Below, piece after piece: positions 1-13,945 of a stretch of DNA of 64,000 bases. Within the stretch, counting starts at the first letter, position 1. Each line of letters starts with the position of its first letter. The stretch is taken from the NCBI RefSeq assembly GCF_009914755.1, contig NC_060933.1; one strand, 5' to 3'. The position numbers were made by a program, and so were the translations under genes. Below the pieces are notes generated by a model. The model made no database searches. It was not told where the DNA came from and saw only the letters and a list, made by a program, of their open reading frames with translations. The DNA comes from the human T2T-CHM13v2.0 reference genome, Homo sapiens.

Positions 1-1679
1 TCCCTGCAGACTCCGGGCTGTCTTTGAAAGAGCAAAGGTAAACAGACACCCTTAGATTTGACTTAATGATCCAGCATGCTGACTGCTGTCTCAAGCTGCC
101 CATTTGTTTCCACCATCTGCATGCTGTGCTCCTGAAAGCCACCGAAGGATTGGTCAGTAATCCTCTGCCCCCTATGTACTCCAAAAATAAGTCACATATT
201 TTTTAAAGGAATCTCTCTAAACGAAGTTTAGTTTTCCAGCAATTTGGGGGTGGGGGAGGAGCATCCCTGCATGATTGTCTCTTGGCTTTTTGGTTTTGCT
301 TTTTTATGGTTAGGGTCATAGTGAAAATCAGGAAGAAATCAATTCTTGTGCAAGCCTTCAAACGAGGTTTACCCTCCAATCATTCTGATTTCACAGGAGC
401 TGAAAAGCTGTGCAGGGATGATGGACCCTTGCCCCCTGTGACCTAAGGATGGATCCAGAAATCTCAGCCTCCCCATAGGTGATTCCACCCAAGATGTAAA
501 CTCCTACTTGGCTTTGTCATTGCCACATGTGCCCCCATAAACTGGCAATCCCACTTTCCTCATCCAAAGTTGCATGTTAGAGAAACAGAAAGTTTTAAAA
601 CCCCTAATATTCCTTTGCTGTTACTTTTGTGGGAAATGTATCACTCTGCCTGCAGATCTGACCTCATTTAAGAAGAACCCAGCTGGTAAATCTGACTGCT
701 ATCTGGGAACATAGTTGAGGATATATCATCTTACACCACTGGTAGTGATTTAAACTAGCAAGTAGAAAAGGGACCCAGAAATCAGGGGATACAGAGGACA
801 GTACAAGTAAATGGCATAAGCCCAACTTTTCTGACACTGTGAAGTCCTAGATGTTCTTGTCTCTACTACAACCAAACATCAAACATCTTAGAGAAAGAAG
901 TAGGGATGGGTCAAGGTGACTGGAGAGTCTGAGTTATTATTATACCAATGAGACTGAGAATTATTCAGGGTGATGCTGCTGAAAAACGGGAGATACAGCA
1001 AATAGAGAAGCCAAAGTTTCTCTGCACATCTGAGTAGTAATGGAAGTGAGACTGCAGCCTGCTACACTCATGTTAATATATTCAGAGCAGATTGGCAACA
1101 AAAGAGTGTCCTAATGCTGCAGCATCTAGTAAACTTCTGGACTGGTTTACCATTTGGAAATTTTAAGTCAAAGAACATCAGAAGCAGGCTAATCTTTTGT
1201 TGAAATTACCTCGTTTTTACAGGTAAAGAAACGAAGACCCTGAGAATTTAAAATCATCCAACTATTTGGTGCCAGAAGCAGGACAAGAACTCAGACATCA
1301 TGATCCAGTGCCCTCCATCCCACCAGCTATTCATCATCACCTCCACATTCTGGATCAAAGAAGCCAGTTTTCCAACTTATCAATGAGCAATACATATAGA
1401 ATATTTTTAAAACTCCAAATACTTTTATGAAGGAAAAATGAAGCAATAGGACAAGACATTTTCTTCGTTTCCTTCCAGCTCTAACATTCTGTGATAAATA
1501 GCACACAGGAGCTTTGCTATAGCACTACCCCCTCTAGTGCATAATTCAGCATACGATGAGTATGAGTCTGTTTTGGACCCCATCCAAAGGAGTTAGTTCC
1601 TAGAAGTACTTGGAAGATTTATTCTCATTTATCATGAGGCATCCTAACAGGAGACTAAAAATAATCACGATGACAATAA

Positions 1680-2120
1680 TAGTAATCAGTTGTTACACTT
1701 GTATTATGTACTAAGCATCGTGCTAAGCATGTTAAAGTTCACCTGTTTTTGAAAAGGCACTTCATGACCTTATGTGGGTTGCGAATCTAGTGGGTCATAA
1801 ACAATTTCTGAAATGAAAGAAAAGTAGGAAAAAACACAGAGTGCATTATACATACTAAGTTGTTTTATTTTTTATTTTTTTATTTTTTTTGCAAAACTTC
1901 CTTTTTGATCATGTGGCTAGTGATTAAAAGTTTGGAAGCACTGCCTCGTTTCCAATCTTAACTGCCTTGCTAGTTAAGTATTATTAGCCCCATTATATAA
2001 GTGAGGAAACAGGACGAGAGAGGATAAGTAATTTGGCCAAGCTGACACAGTGAGTGGCCAAGCTAGAATTTTGAACCTAGATCTGTTTGACTTCAAATCC
2101 AATATTTTCACTTCTATAGT
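1680..2120 (-). mobile_element. MIR SINE, apparently split by a hAT MITE
   Basis: MIR core in reverse (cccattatataagtgaggaaacagg...aagtaatttggccaagctgacacag...gaacctagatctgtttgacttc); boundaries approximate. Confidence 0.7.
1755..1943. mobile_element. hAT-Charlie MITE remnant (MER103C-like)
   Basis: gtgggttgcgaa..tagtgggtcat..cagagtgcatt..aaaagtttggaagcactg, a Charlie-type terminus; subfamily uncertain. Confidence 0.45.
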
Positions 2121-2496
2121 GATGATAAATTATTGACCAAGGTATGGAATAAATTGTTGCTAATCATGTTTTCTTTGTGAGGACTACTGGGGTTTTTATT
2201 AAATCCAGCTAAATGGAGAAACACAGCATAGATTCAAGTGACATGTTCGGAAGAGAGTGAGGAATTTCATAAAACACTAAATCTAATATCTAAGACCTTT
2301 TCCTGTAGGTGTTAGCTTATGTCTAATACACTTTATTGACTTACTGCTAAATACATAAATGAAACAATAATAGTTTCAGTCCTCAAATAACAATATTCAC
2401 TTCTACGTGTGTTTCTATTTTTATTTCAGAGAGTATTTTTCAAATTTAAGTTATACAGCATTTCTCAGTAGCTTGCTTTGGCCAAACACAGAACTA

Positions 2497-2882
<386 letters not shown>

Positions 2883-3213
2883 CTAAATTTTTTGACCCAT
2901 GTAGTTCTATGGATTCTACCAGTAACATTGCATGCTTAGGTGTCATTACTCCCATTCTGCAGATTTGAAAGCTCAAACTCAGAACTAGCTGATGATTGAA
3001 ATCACCTGTTCTGATTCCACTACCCAAAGATTCTTTACAAACAAGTGGGCTTCCAGTAGAAAAGGAGGCAGCTGGAGATTTTGAGACATGTTGTGCAATC
3101 ATTTATGCTTTCTTTTTCCACGTGAAAAAAATACACTTTCCTTTTCTTCAAGGCAGCATCTCTTCTTGCTGTTAGGCAGCACTGTCCTCTTTAAGAAAAG
3201 AAATCCACATCTT

Positions 3214-3520
3214 CATGGATGAAATTGGAAACCATCATTCTCAGTAAACTATCGCAAGAACAAAAAAGCAAACACCGCATATTCTCACTCATAGGTGGGA
3301 ATTGAACAGTGAGATCACATGGACACAGGAAGGGGAACATCACACTCTGGGGACGGTTGTGGGGTGGTGGGGGGGAGGGAGAGCATCGGGAGATATACCT
3401 AATGCTAGATGACGCGTTAGTGGGTGCAGCGCACCAGCATGGCACATGTATACGTATGTAACTAACCTGCACAATGTGTACATGTACCCTAAAACTTAAA
3501 GTATAATAATAATAAAAAAA
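3214..3520 (+). mobile_element. 5'-truncated young L1 (L1PA2/L1HS-like) 3' end
   Basis: ORF2 end and 3'UTR (catggatgaaattggaaacc...cctaaaacttaaagtataat), poly-A, TSD agaaatccacatctt at 3199-3213 and 3521-3535. Confidence 0.95.
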
Positions 3521-3649
3521 AGAAATCCACATCTTTCATAAAGAAAGGCCTAGAAAAGCCATACCTCCTCCACTGACTGCTCTGTTCAGCTGCTGCACTT
3601 CACCCTCACCTGCAGTGTGTAGAGGACGTTATGGTACAATGCTATTTTC

Positions 3650-3735
3650 TACTGGCTCTGCTACTGGAGATTACAGCATGCGACTGTGACAATACTGGCT
3701 CTGCTACTGGAGATCACAGCATGCGACTGTGACAA
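3650..3735. repeat. 43-bp tandem duplication (2 copies, 1 mismatch)
   Basis: tactggctctgctactggagat(t/c)acagcatgcgactgtgacaa x2. Confidence 0.97.
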
Positions 3736-5357
3736 ATGGATATTCCCATTAAATTCTTTAGTAGACTGGGGCATTCCATTAACCATTGGCACTATCCCAA
3801 CCCAAGTGAAACACTGGGTCATTTTTTTCTTGTGAGCAAGAAGTGAAGGGAGAAAACAAAGGATATACTCTAATTACCTTTCCTATTTCTTTTTTGTTGC
3901 ATGCATTATGATAACTGTATATTACACTTATTTATAATTAATATATGACAAGCTGTCAGCTAAAATTTAACAGGTGATTTGTCAAGAAGGCCCATTAATG
4001 CATACATTAAGCAGTGGATTTCAGTGTTTCCTAACAAAATTGTGTATTGGTTTTGTTTTTTCATTCTATTTAGTATAAACATTTTGAGGCCACCTATCTT
4101 TACATTTTGCAGCATTTTTAAAAAATAAAACTATTGCTAACATAAATGGGTGCATTGTTAGTTATATGAGGTATAAACACATTTCTGTCACCTTAACCTC
4201 TAAATTTGTTTCACTGAGGAAACAAATTGCCTAGTGTTTATTTTAAAGTTTTAACTTTCATGGGTTTTGATACATTTTTTAAATTATATCTTCAGTAGGA
4301 AAGGCAGAGCTGATTAGGGAGGAAAGCAACTGCAGTTACTTATGTTCCATTTAGTGTTTGTATCTTAGGTAAGAAAATTCTGAAATGAAGGAATATTTTA
4401 AAATACAGAAAAAGATTAAGAAGTCACCAGAAAGCTAGTAGTTAATCATTGAATAAAGGAACACTCTACAGAGACCAAAAACTGATGAAACAGGCTCCAT
4501 CTTGCTGAATGGCGCAAGAATGGGAAACACAATGGAAATGAATCACAGATAGTTGTGAGGAGGATTCTTTGAAAGAAGGAAAACTCTGTTTCTCTATCTG
4601 TAGGATGTCAAATCATGGGACATAACCTGAAAAGGAAGTTAAATTTTGAACTTCAATATTATTATTTCCATGGTCAACCAAAATTTGTACTGTTTAAGAG
4701 AAAGATACAAAAGTACTGCAGCATTTGTTTAAAATTTCATTTGCACAAGCCTGACTCTTATCTCTCAAGACTCGGACATGCTTCAGGCAGTTAATGACTC
4801 ACAATCCACTACTCTAGAGGGTGCTGAATCTCCTTAATGAAAGAATGTGCTTTAAGATTCAATGGTTAGGAAGAGAGAAATAAACGAGAGTAAAACACGA
4901 AGCACAGCAGTTTTTCAAAGCTAGTAAGACTTCTGCGTCCACCAACCAACTTTAGCTCTTACATTTTTAGAAAGAAAGCACTAACACAGAACCATGAAAT
5001 TATTTTTAAAGGTTCTTTCTAACAGGGTTTCAGAGGATGGTTTCCAAAAAACTCACTCAGAAGTGAAATACCACACGTTGATTTTCACGTTGCAGGGAGC
5101 GCATTCCTATGCAGTTCAGGGATTATAAATGACCAGTGGCAAGTTGGTCATTGTATCCTGGGCCAGGATCTCACTGTCTCCAGATCTTGCTTTGTTTTCC
5201 ATATGCAGCAGAGTCCCCATGAGTAACTGGGGGTGTTTCCTTGTGCATTCAGTAACAGTTTTCAAAACAGTGAATATAGCAAGGCATCAAGACTACTATA
5301 TTTCTGCCACTTTTCTAATGTTTTCTCTTTGTCTTATACTTCTGTTCTTGTCTTACA

Positions 5358-5697
5358 CTTGTATTAAAAACACAATAAAGAAAACAGCTTTGTACAAGCT
5401 AGTATTTTGGCCATAATTATACTTTTCTCTGTCTTCTCAATGAATAAGAAAATTTTGGGCCAGGTATCTGCACAAAGCGTGATAGAAATAGGATAAAACA
5501 GCACATCATCTAGCATGTAGCCTACATTTATGTAAATCTGGTTGATGTAAAGTCTGTTCTGTTATCACTTTTTAAAAATAAATCTATCATTCTTTCTTTA
5601 ATCATAATACAAACCATCCAGGGACAGTCCAAATTTTTCAGAAAGAACAAATTTTTCAGTACAGGAGGCAGCATTTGCCAGTACAACAAGAAACCAG
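5358..5697 (+). repeat. Local direct duplication, copy 1 (340 bp)
   Basis: Matches 12903-13251 except ~7 substitutions and a 9-bp indel. Confidence 0.97.
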
Positions 5698-7604
5698 AAA
5701 ACAAGAATCTGTGTTGGATCATTTAATTTCTACTTGGTGTACATACTCAATGTAATGTTTTCACAGTTGTTTGAGAGCAGGATTCATGTCTGATTGGAAC
5801 CCAGAGCTCCTGTCATAGGGCTTTAAGCACAATAGGCATTTCATAAATATTTCAGAAAGTAAAGGAAGGGAAGGATAGAAATAGGAAATGAACTGGTTGT
5901 CAGGTGCACATCTTACATGATACATCACTGTCTTTATAAAGCCTCCCGTATAGTCCACTAAATAGAATGAATTTCCCCTGCTCCTGGGCTCTCATTCTTT
6001 TCCTTTTCTTCTTTTTTCCTATCTCTCTGTATTTTTATTGTGTATAATTTCACCCTATTAAATTGTGAGCGTCTTCACACTCTTCTCATCACCACCAAGC
6101 CCAGAACCTGCACTAGAAGCAGTTCTCAAAAAAGGTCTGCTGCAAAATATGATAGCATGTGCTTAGATACCACTGTGGCCTGGTTAGATGTCACGTTAAT
6201 ATTGCCTCTTATTGAGACTGTGCTGAAAGGTACAACGACCTAGAGTTTGGTCAGAGTTAGGCCTCACTAATCACAACACACACCAAAATGTCCCAGACAA
6301 AGAATAATAATAGAGTCTAACGGGAGTGGATGGATTCGTAGTTCCACGGAACTTTTGATGAGAATAATTATAAAGTTTCATGCTTTCCTACAAGAAGTCA
6401 AAAGAATTTGATCAGTTCAGTGGACAAAAAATCCTTTATACTTCTAACTGGTGTTGACATTTTCATTTTTAACTTGGTATATTCTTAGATGAACAGAGCA
6501 TTCATTTGCCTGTAAACATTATTTCCTATAGGAACATATATTACTGGAAGTTATCCTGATTTTCAAAACTCATTGGCCACATCTCCAAAATTACTAGTAA
6601 CACTGAACAAGTCTTGGAGAGATTTAAAAGGCAAACCAAAACTATTCTTTCCCAACTGTGTGATTACTTTACATAGTCTATTCATGTTAGTGCTTGTTTT
6701 ATAAATGTAGAAGCACCATTCCTGCTTGGTTATTTATTTGTGTTCAGTTCTTTAAGATCATGTTTTCTTTCCTTTTCTTACCACCAAAAGCCCATCTTTC
6801 TAACACAAGTATCTCTACTGTTCTCTGGACTAATACAATAATAATCTTTTGCATATTCTTCTGCTCCCATTGTTTTCCTGATTGGCCCCAATCTATGCCC
6901 CAACGTGCTGCCCAATTAACCTTAATAAAACACAAGTTGATTATGTAACTCCCATGCTAAAAAAAACCTCAGTGGTTCATGATTAAGTACGTACTTTATA
7001 ACTAAGTGCAAATGTTCTACCAGCATTCGACATCTACCACAAATGGAATGCTGCCTGAGCCCATTTTTCCATTCTAATCTTTACCTCTTTTCTACCAATA
7101 GCCTAAATTCCAGCATTGTCTGGATAAAACTATCCATATTTCTTACTCAGCCAGAAAGTTTTCTTATGATCACCTACATGTTGAATACTTATCTATCCGT
7201 TAAGAATCATCTCATCAAGTCAGTTTTTTTTCCTGATTCCTCTACCACATATGAATACTACTTCCATTAGAATATCTGATTCTTTGAATCTCTCTTGTAC
7301 TGAATATTCTACTGAAATTGGATAAAAGATAATAGAAAGCACTAACCTCCAAGATATATTTAATGACCAGTTCGATCCATTAATTGGAGTGGCAAAATGT
7401 TATAAGCGGGGAGTAGATGGAGTTAGTGGGAATTTATGCAAACTTATGTTTAATCACATATTGAAAGGCCTCTTTATTTAATCACATCTTGCAAGTTCTT
7501 GTGTCAGATAATTGTGTTTGGGAAGGGAACAAAAAAATTCCAAAGATTCTGAGTTAAGACCAATATGAAGAACAACAGATGACGGACACTCTTAATATCT
7601 CTCC

Positions 7605-7685
7605 TTCCCTCCCTCCCTTCTTCTCTTTCTTCCTTCTTTCTTCCTTCTCTCCTTTTGTTCTCCTCCCTTTCTTTCCTTCTCTCAG
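7605..7685. repeat. Polypyrimidine (CCTT/CT-rich) low-complexity tract
   Basis: Direct reading. Confidence 0.85.
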
Positions 7686-8512
7686 CTTTGTTCATTATCC
7701 ATGCAAGGAGATGAAATGACCCTGACTATTAAGTCTTTGTCCTGGAGAAGCACAAAAGCAAATCAAGTGAGGCAGATGTTCTGCTCTGCCCTCCCCCTTG
7801 GCAAAGACACAAGGGTCCAGCAGTCTAGAAGCAGACTGTTCTGAAAAGAACAGTCGGCACTCATGCTTTTTACTTTTCCTCCCTCAGAGAGACCTCCTGC
7901 TAGGTGAGTCCCAGGCTCTAAGAAATATCCTACCTTAAATCAAGCGGAGGTAAGAAGGGACAGGACAACTGTTTTATTTTTTCCTTTTCCTTTTTAATCC
8001 TTGCACCCACCGTTCTCTTAAAAAACAGGTCGTGTTCTAAGACGATGGATATCAAAACTGCTCAGTTTTCAGATATGTGCTGGGTAGTGATGAGAAATTA
8101 GAGCAAATGCTGAAAGCAATAATATTTCATCTGTGATTCAATCTTACCTGTGCCATTCATAGCACACCTGCCTTTTATTAAAGTTATATTTATACTTGTT
8201 TTTCTCTTTTTCTTTCTATGCTTCTGCCATAGGCCAACCTTGTAAAATCTTTATGGAAAACAATGGGCCTTAATCTTCTGTGTATCCCTTGTGCACCTGC
8301 AGAATGTCCTATCATAAGAGTGTATAATAGAACCCTGTATAATTGAATTTTTCTAGATTACATTGTTGTTGTTGAACTTAATGAAAACTTTATAGGGCAC
8401 AAGCACATCCCATTTTTTCCAGTTTAATATATTCTATCATATTGTCTACAGGGAGCATACTTGTATTTATCAGATCAGGAGTCCAAATGTTTGGACTTGC
8501 AAACCCGTAGAA

Positions 8513-9013
<501 letters not shown>

Positions 9014-9479
9014 TAGCTCTAGAGAGCACAATTCGAAAATCACTAGACTAGATTATCTTTAAAGTTGTTTCTTTTTTTTCTCCCAGCTCTAGGATTCTTT
9101 GTGAAAGTGCTTTTATTTTATAGGTGAAAAAGAAATGATCCTTTGGCTGAATTCCATTTTTAAGTAGTAACTACAAATGAGATGCAGTCCAAATTTTATA
9201 TATGCCTGTGGTGTTTTCAGCATATCTTATTGCTTAGTTTTCATGTATGCCCATTCATCCCGCTGCTCATTCAATCAAACCTCCACTGTGTGTGAGGTAT
9301 GTGAACTATGCACTATCAAGTCATTCTAAGAATGTGGGCTATGAGCAAGGCACACATATGAAGGAAAACCCTTTTTATCCAAATACAATACAAACATCCT
9401 CTAATGATTTTTATTCTTTGCAGTCCAATTAAAATAGGAAGCCATGCCATCAAACTAGCCTAAATTCCAACCACCCTAC

Positions 9480-9491
9480 CTCCAAATAAAT
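9480..9491 (-). other. Candidate 12-nt microexon
   Basis: Minus strand: ~45-nt pyrimidine tract...ttttaatcacag|ATTTATTTGGAG|gtaggg; sequence signals only. Confidence 0.3.
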
Positions 9492-9944
9492 CTGTGATTA
9501 AAACAAGAAGAGAAACAAAAAAAGAAAGAATTGGAAAGATTAAAACTCCCTCCTTGGAAGCAAATTGAAACTAGTCTTGATTCTTGATGCCTTTGTGTTA
9601 TTTTCAGAATTAAATCAGGAACAACAAAACTACTACTTCTGAGAGAGAAAGATATTGCTTGTAATTTTTGGCTTAAGGAATTCATTTTCTTGAGAAGAAA
9701 GTATTCTTGGTGAACTCTAAGAATAGAAAACTATCAATTTACAACTAGGACACATGGATTTCTCCAAGAGTTAACATAATGCCTAACAAATAAGAGGTAC
9801 AGTATCCACACTCTATTAGTTAAATGTTAACATTTGTATGGTACTTTATAAGTCACAGAGAACCTTAAGAGATATCTTTTAAGGCTCCTAATAATTTTGT
9901 AAGTGGCAAAACACTGATTTTATGGCTGACCCAGACTCATTGAT

Positions 9945-10025
9945 TGATCCAGACCCTGAATCAGAAACTCTGGGCCAGCTCCCAGGAGTCAGAATTGTTG
10001 GCAAGCTTCTCAGGTAATTCTGAAA
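9945..10025 (+). mobile_element. MER5A fragment
   Basis: ccagaccctgaatcagaaactctggg...caggtaattctga. Confidence 0.55.
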
Positions 10026-11126
10026 ACCACCATGATAACTCAATTCAAATTTATTGATTTGTTTTATTGCTCCCAGGAAAATGATCCAGTGAGCAGATTC
10101 TGGCATTTCCTAAGAAGCTAGCGGCCTTTTTCCAGGATTTGCCTTTTTCTTTCTTCTGTACTTCTTAAAAGGAAAAAAAAAAAAAAAAAATCACAGGTGG
10201 CACCATTTTACCTAAATCTACAAGCTATGTAATTCTGCTCTGCACAGCTGGTTTATTCTTACAGTCAGTTGTCCCTGCTCTGAAGAAAGCCTCTAGCTGC
10301 TGGCACTGGTAGGAGGTTTGAATCCTACCCACTACCCTTCTGGCCATAACTAAGGTCCTAACAGCCTGCAGAGAACACAGGCTTCCTTCAGCAGTCAGCT
10401 GTAATTACACGAAATTTGTACCGGACATTGTAGTACAAACCCAGCAACCTGCTGGGACATTTCAGGGGCTTTAGCATTTAGTTGGGAACCACTAGTTCTA
10501 GCTGTCATACTCAGGGAGAGAATTGGTCATGAGCTATTTGTGTTGGTATATATCTCTTTCCATCAGTTAAAAAAAAAAAAAAAGGTTTAAACGTAAAAGA
10601 CACAGTCTTAGGTAGCTATCCCCTGCCCTTTAAATTATATTAGAACAGCATAATAGCTACTTTGGAAATGCCATCTCATATATAACATGAAAAAAAGACA
10701 GTCAAACAGACCCCTCAAAATAACCTTTTGTAGAATAAAACTACAGATTTTAAGGGAGGAGACAATGTTGTTTTAACCTTGTAATTACTCCTAATCCACA
10801 CAGAGACTGGAGAGAAGAGTATTTTGATTTTATGTCTGGAATGAAATACACTTGACTAGAATTGAAGATGCAAGGGGGAAAAAACCCTCAAAATTAAAGG
10901 AAAAGGAAAGTGTGTGTGTCAACCACCCCATCTTGCTGTTTCTCAAACTTTCCAAATTCTTTTGGTTCACCACCCCAACCTTAGTAATGCCCTCGTGTGT
11001 AACAACCCTCCAACTATTCTGGTTACAGTTGCTGGGAAATTTGTCTGTCAAAAGACGAGAGGTTCCAAAGAGTTGGGCACTTTTCTTCTCAGGCAATAGA
11101 AAACAGGGTTATAAGACACAGACATG

Positions 11127-11127
<1 letters not shown>

Positions 11128-11175
<48 letters not shown>

Positions 11176-11184
11176 CACACACAC
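11128..11184. repeat. (CA)n microsatellite
   Basis: ~28 units with one CG interruption. Confidence 0.98.
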
Positions 11185-12902
11185 GGGAGTTCAGCACACC
11201 ATGATGTGCTGGCTCTTTTGGCCTTAAGGAAGCATTGCAGGAGGAGGAAGGGTGGAACCCTCAGATCACCTGACCTAAATGGCCCCTCTGGCTCTCTCAG
11301 AACTTTACCCTCTGTCCTGATAGCGCTTCAAAGCGAACGGGATATTGGGAAAAGGACACAGGCAGTTTGCCGTATCCTTGGGCATCCAAAAGGGTAGAAA
11401 GGCTTTATGCCTTTTATTCCCTGCCTGCTGAGAAGAAAAAGCAGACATCCCGTTTGAGACCACTAGGTGCCCCCTCCTTTCCCTGTTTTCTGTCTTATAC
11501 TCTTTAAACCTTCAAATAAGTACACGTGTTGCTAGGTTCATAATTAAAGCGTTGGCAATGCCCGCTCCCTTGCTTTCAATTTCATTTGTACAAATGTTCC
11601 CATCATTCTTTTTAAAAGCCCTGGGCATATGTTCAAAACATACAACCAAAACAAATAAACTGCATAACCTAAGCCAAACCCACCAACAACTGGAACATCC
11701 TTCCTATTTGGGAAGACTACTCTAAAAAGCTACTTAATTGCAGTATATTCTGTGAATGAAAGTTCACGGAGCTGAAAAATGGAAGTATTTATGTTAGCAT
11801 CTGATCACTAAGGAAAGGCCCTAGAATCAGCTACTTAAGATTCAATGGAGTAAATTTTACCTTGAGTAACATCTTTAGAAAATGAAATATTTAGGAAGGA
11901 ACAGAGTTCCTGTGGGAAATTTTATGGTAGAGTTAGACTTCAGCAGACTTTATAATTTGCATGTGCTGAGGAAGAGTTTATATTTAGAACCAAGTTCTTG
12001 ATCTTATCCAGTGACTGACTTTTCATGACCTTTGGAAGTAACTTTGATAGCAAAATTCCTCTCTGTCATTTACCCCTAAAGCTGACATGATCATAGCAGT
12101 GGGAGCTGCTATGTAAAAGGCCATGATAAGAGTGAAAACTTTACCAATGAGAAAGACTCCAACGTGTAGGCAAAAGACAAAAATTATGACAAATTGATTT
12201 TACCTTGGTACAGCAATAATAATAATAGCTTAACTTAATTCAAAATTTCGTGTGACATTTCTCCAAAACAGAATAAAAAGAACTGCCCAAATCCACTGTT
12301 TGAAGCAGAAAGGAAATGAAGATATTTGGCTGTAGCCAGTATGTAATTCAGATTGGCATCATTGTACTGGGGCACCACTGAGAAGAAATGTGTCCTCTGC
12401 AAGCCAGCAGCCTGTGGAAACCAGCCGCAATGCAATCAATCAACATTGAGGGCCAAAAGCTATTGCTTCCCTTTCTCTCATAGAACAAACAGCTCAAGAC
12501 CCCTATAAAGTAGGCTTATAGCTCCAACAAAAACTGAAAAGTTTATAACAAGTGGTACCACCTGTGCTTATGTCTCAGCGTAGCCAAAATAATTTCCTCT
12601 CCTGGGTCTCCTATGGCAAAGGGTGAGGAATGTGACAGTGAGAATGCAAAGAGGAAGAGGTGCCAACAAGGAGCCTGTAGAGTGAGTGGATTATCTTTGT
12701 GCTAGCAGAGAGATCAGCAAGTCTGTCTCCTTTACTCTGGAGCAACTGTGTGTGATATGATCTCCCATCCCCTATCAAAAAGGCTCTGTCTTCAGAAAAA
12801 CAAAAGACTTCTCTGCTCAATGTTGTTCTCTCACATGATTGAGTATTTTTTTGTTAACAATGTTGTATTATTACAATCCTGTGTAAAACTGGGAATATGG
12901 AG

Positions 12903-13251
12903 CTTGTATTAAAAACACAATAAAGAAAACAGCTTTGTACAAGCTAGTATTTTGGCCATAATTATACTTTTCTCTGTCTTCTCAATGAATAAGAAAATTT
13001 TGGGCCAGGTATCTGCACAAAGCGTGATAGAACTAGGATAAAATAGCACATCCTCTAGCATGTAGCCTACATTTATGTAAATCTGGTTGATGTAAAGTCT
13101 GTTCTGTTATCACTTTTTAAAAATAAATCTATCATTCTTTCTTTCTTATCTTTAATCATAATAAAAACCATCTAGGGACAGTCCAAATTTTTCAGAAAGA
13201 ACGAATTTTTCAGTACAGGAGGCGGCATTTGCCAGTACAACAAGAAACCAG
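12903..13251 (+). repeat. Local direct duplication, copy 2 (349 bp)
   Basis: Matches 5358-5697. Confidence 0.97.
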
Positions 13252-13539
13252 CCAAGTTGCTTTGGAGGAGTTAAGCAAGTACATTTCAATAAGGACCCAA
13301 ACAATCCCTGGCAACCAATTAGAAAAACAAGTCATCATTGCATTAAGAAAGCCCTCAAATATGAGTGCTGTCGGTGGAAAATAGAGTTACTCACCAACTG
13401 AAAATGTTTACTTGAAGTGAGAATTATTTTATGGAAACCACTGTGAGTTTTGGAATACTTACAATCTGTTCAAATTGGTCACTGTGTACAGTGTTACTGC
13501 AGCGATATGCCCTGAGACTTCTAATCTGTCTGCCTAATG

Positions 13540-13945
13540 GAGCAGGTGGTGAGACTCTCCACTGAGCTGTCGGCTCCTGGAGGGCAGGGACTATGTCTTA
13601 TTCATCTTACATCTTGCACAGTACCCAGCTCTTCAAAGACAGTCAATAAATATTGAATGAAGGAATCTTTATATACATGGCCTCACTTCTTGACCCCTTG
13701 GCATGAAATATCACTACCCCTTCATCTCTATCCTATTGCCCTGCTTAATTTTTCTTCTGAGTGATTATTACCAGCTGTCGTGTTGTATGTGGTTGTTTTA
13801 ATTATTTCTTTAATATCTTCTTTTTCCCCAATCAGAATATAAGCTCCCCAAGGGTAGGGATTGAAGAGGATTGATTTCCCGTATACCCCTAGTTTCTAGG
13901 ATGATACCTGGCACATAACAGGTCAATTATAAATATGTGTTAACT
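13540..13945 (+). mobile_element. Two L2 3'-end fragments
   Basis: gctcctggagggcagggactatgtcttattc...aataaatattgaatgaa; aatataagctccccaagggtaggga...cctggcacataacagg. Confidence 0.7.

Noticed and set aside
3191-3532. 113-aa ORF
   Set aside because: Antisense read-through of the L1 3' end.
3650-3735. CRISPR-like repeat
   Set aside because: Two abutting copies with no spacer, in primate DNA.
5117-5160. Imperfect hairpin aatgacca/tggtcatt
   Set aside because: Too short for a pre-miRNA and matches no RNA family I know.
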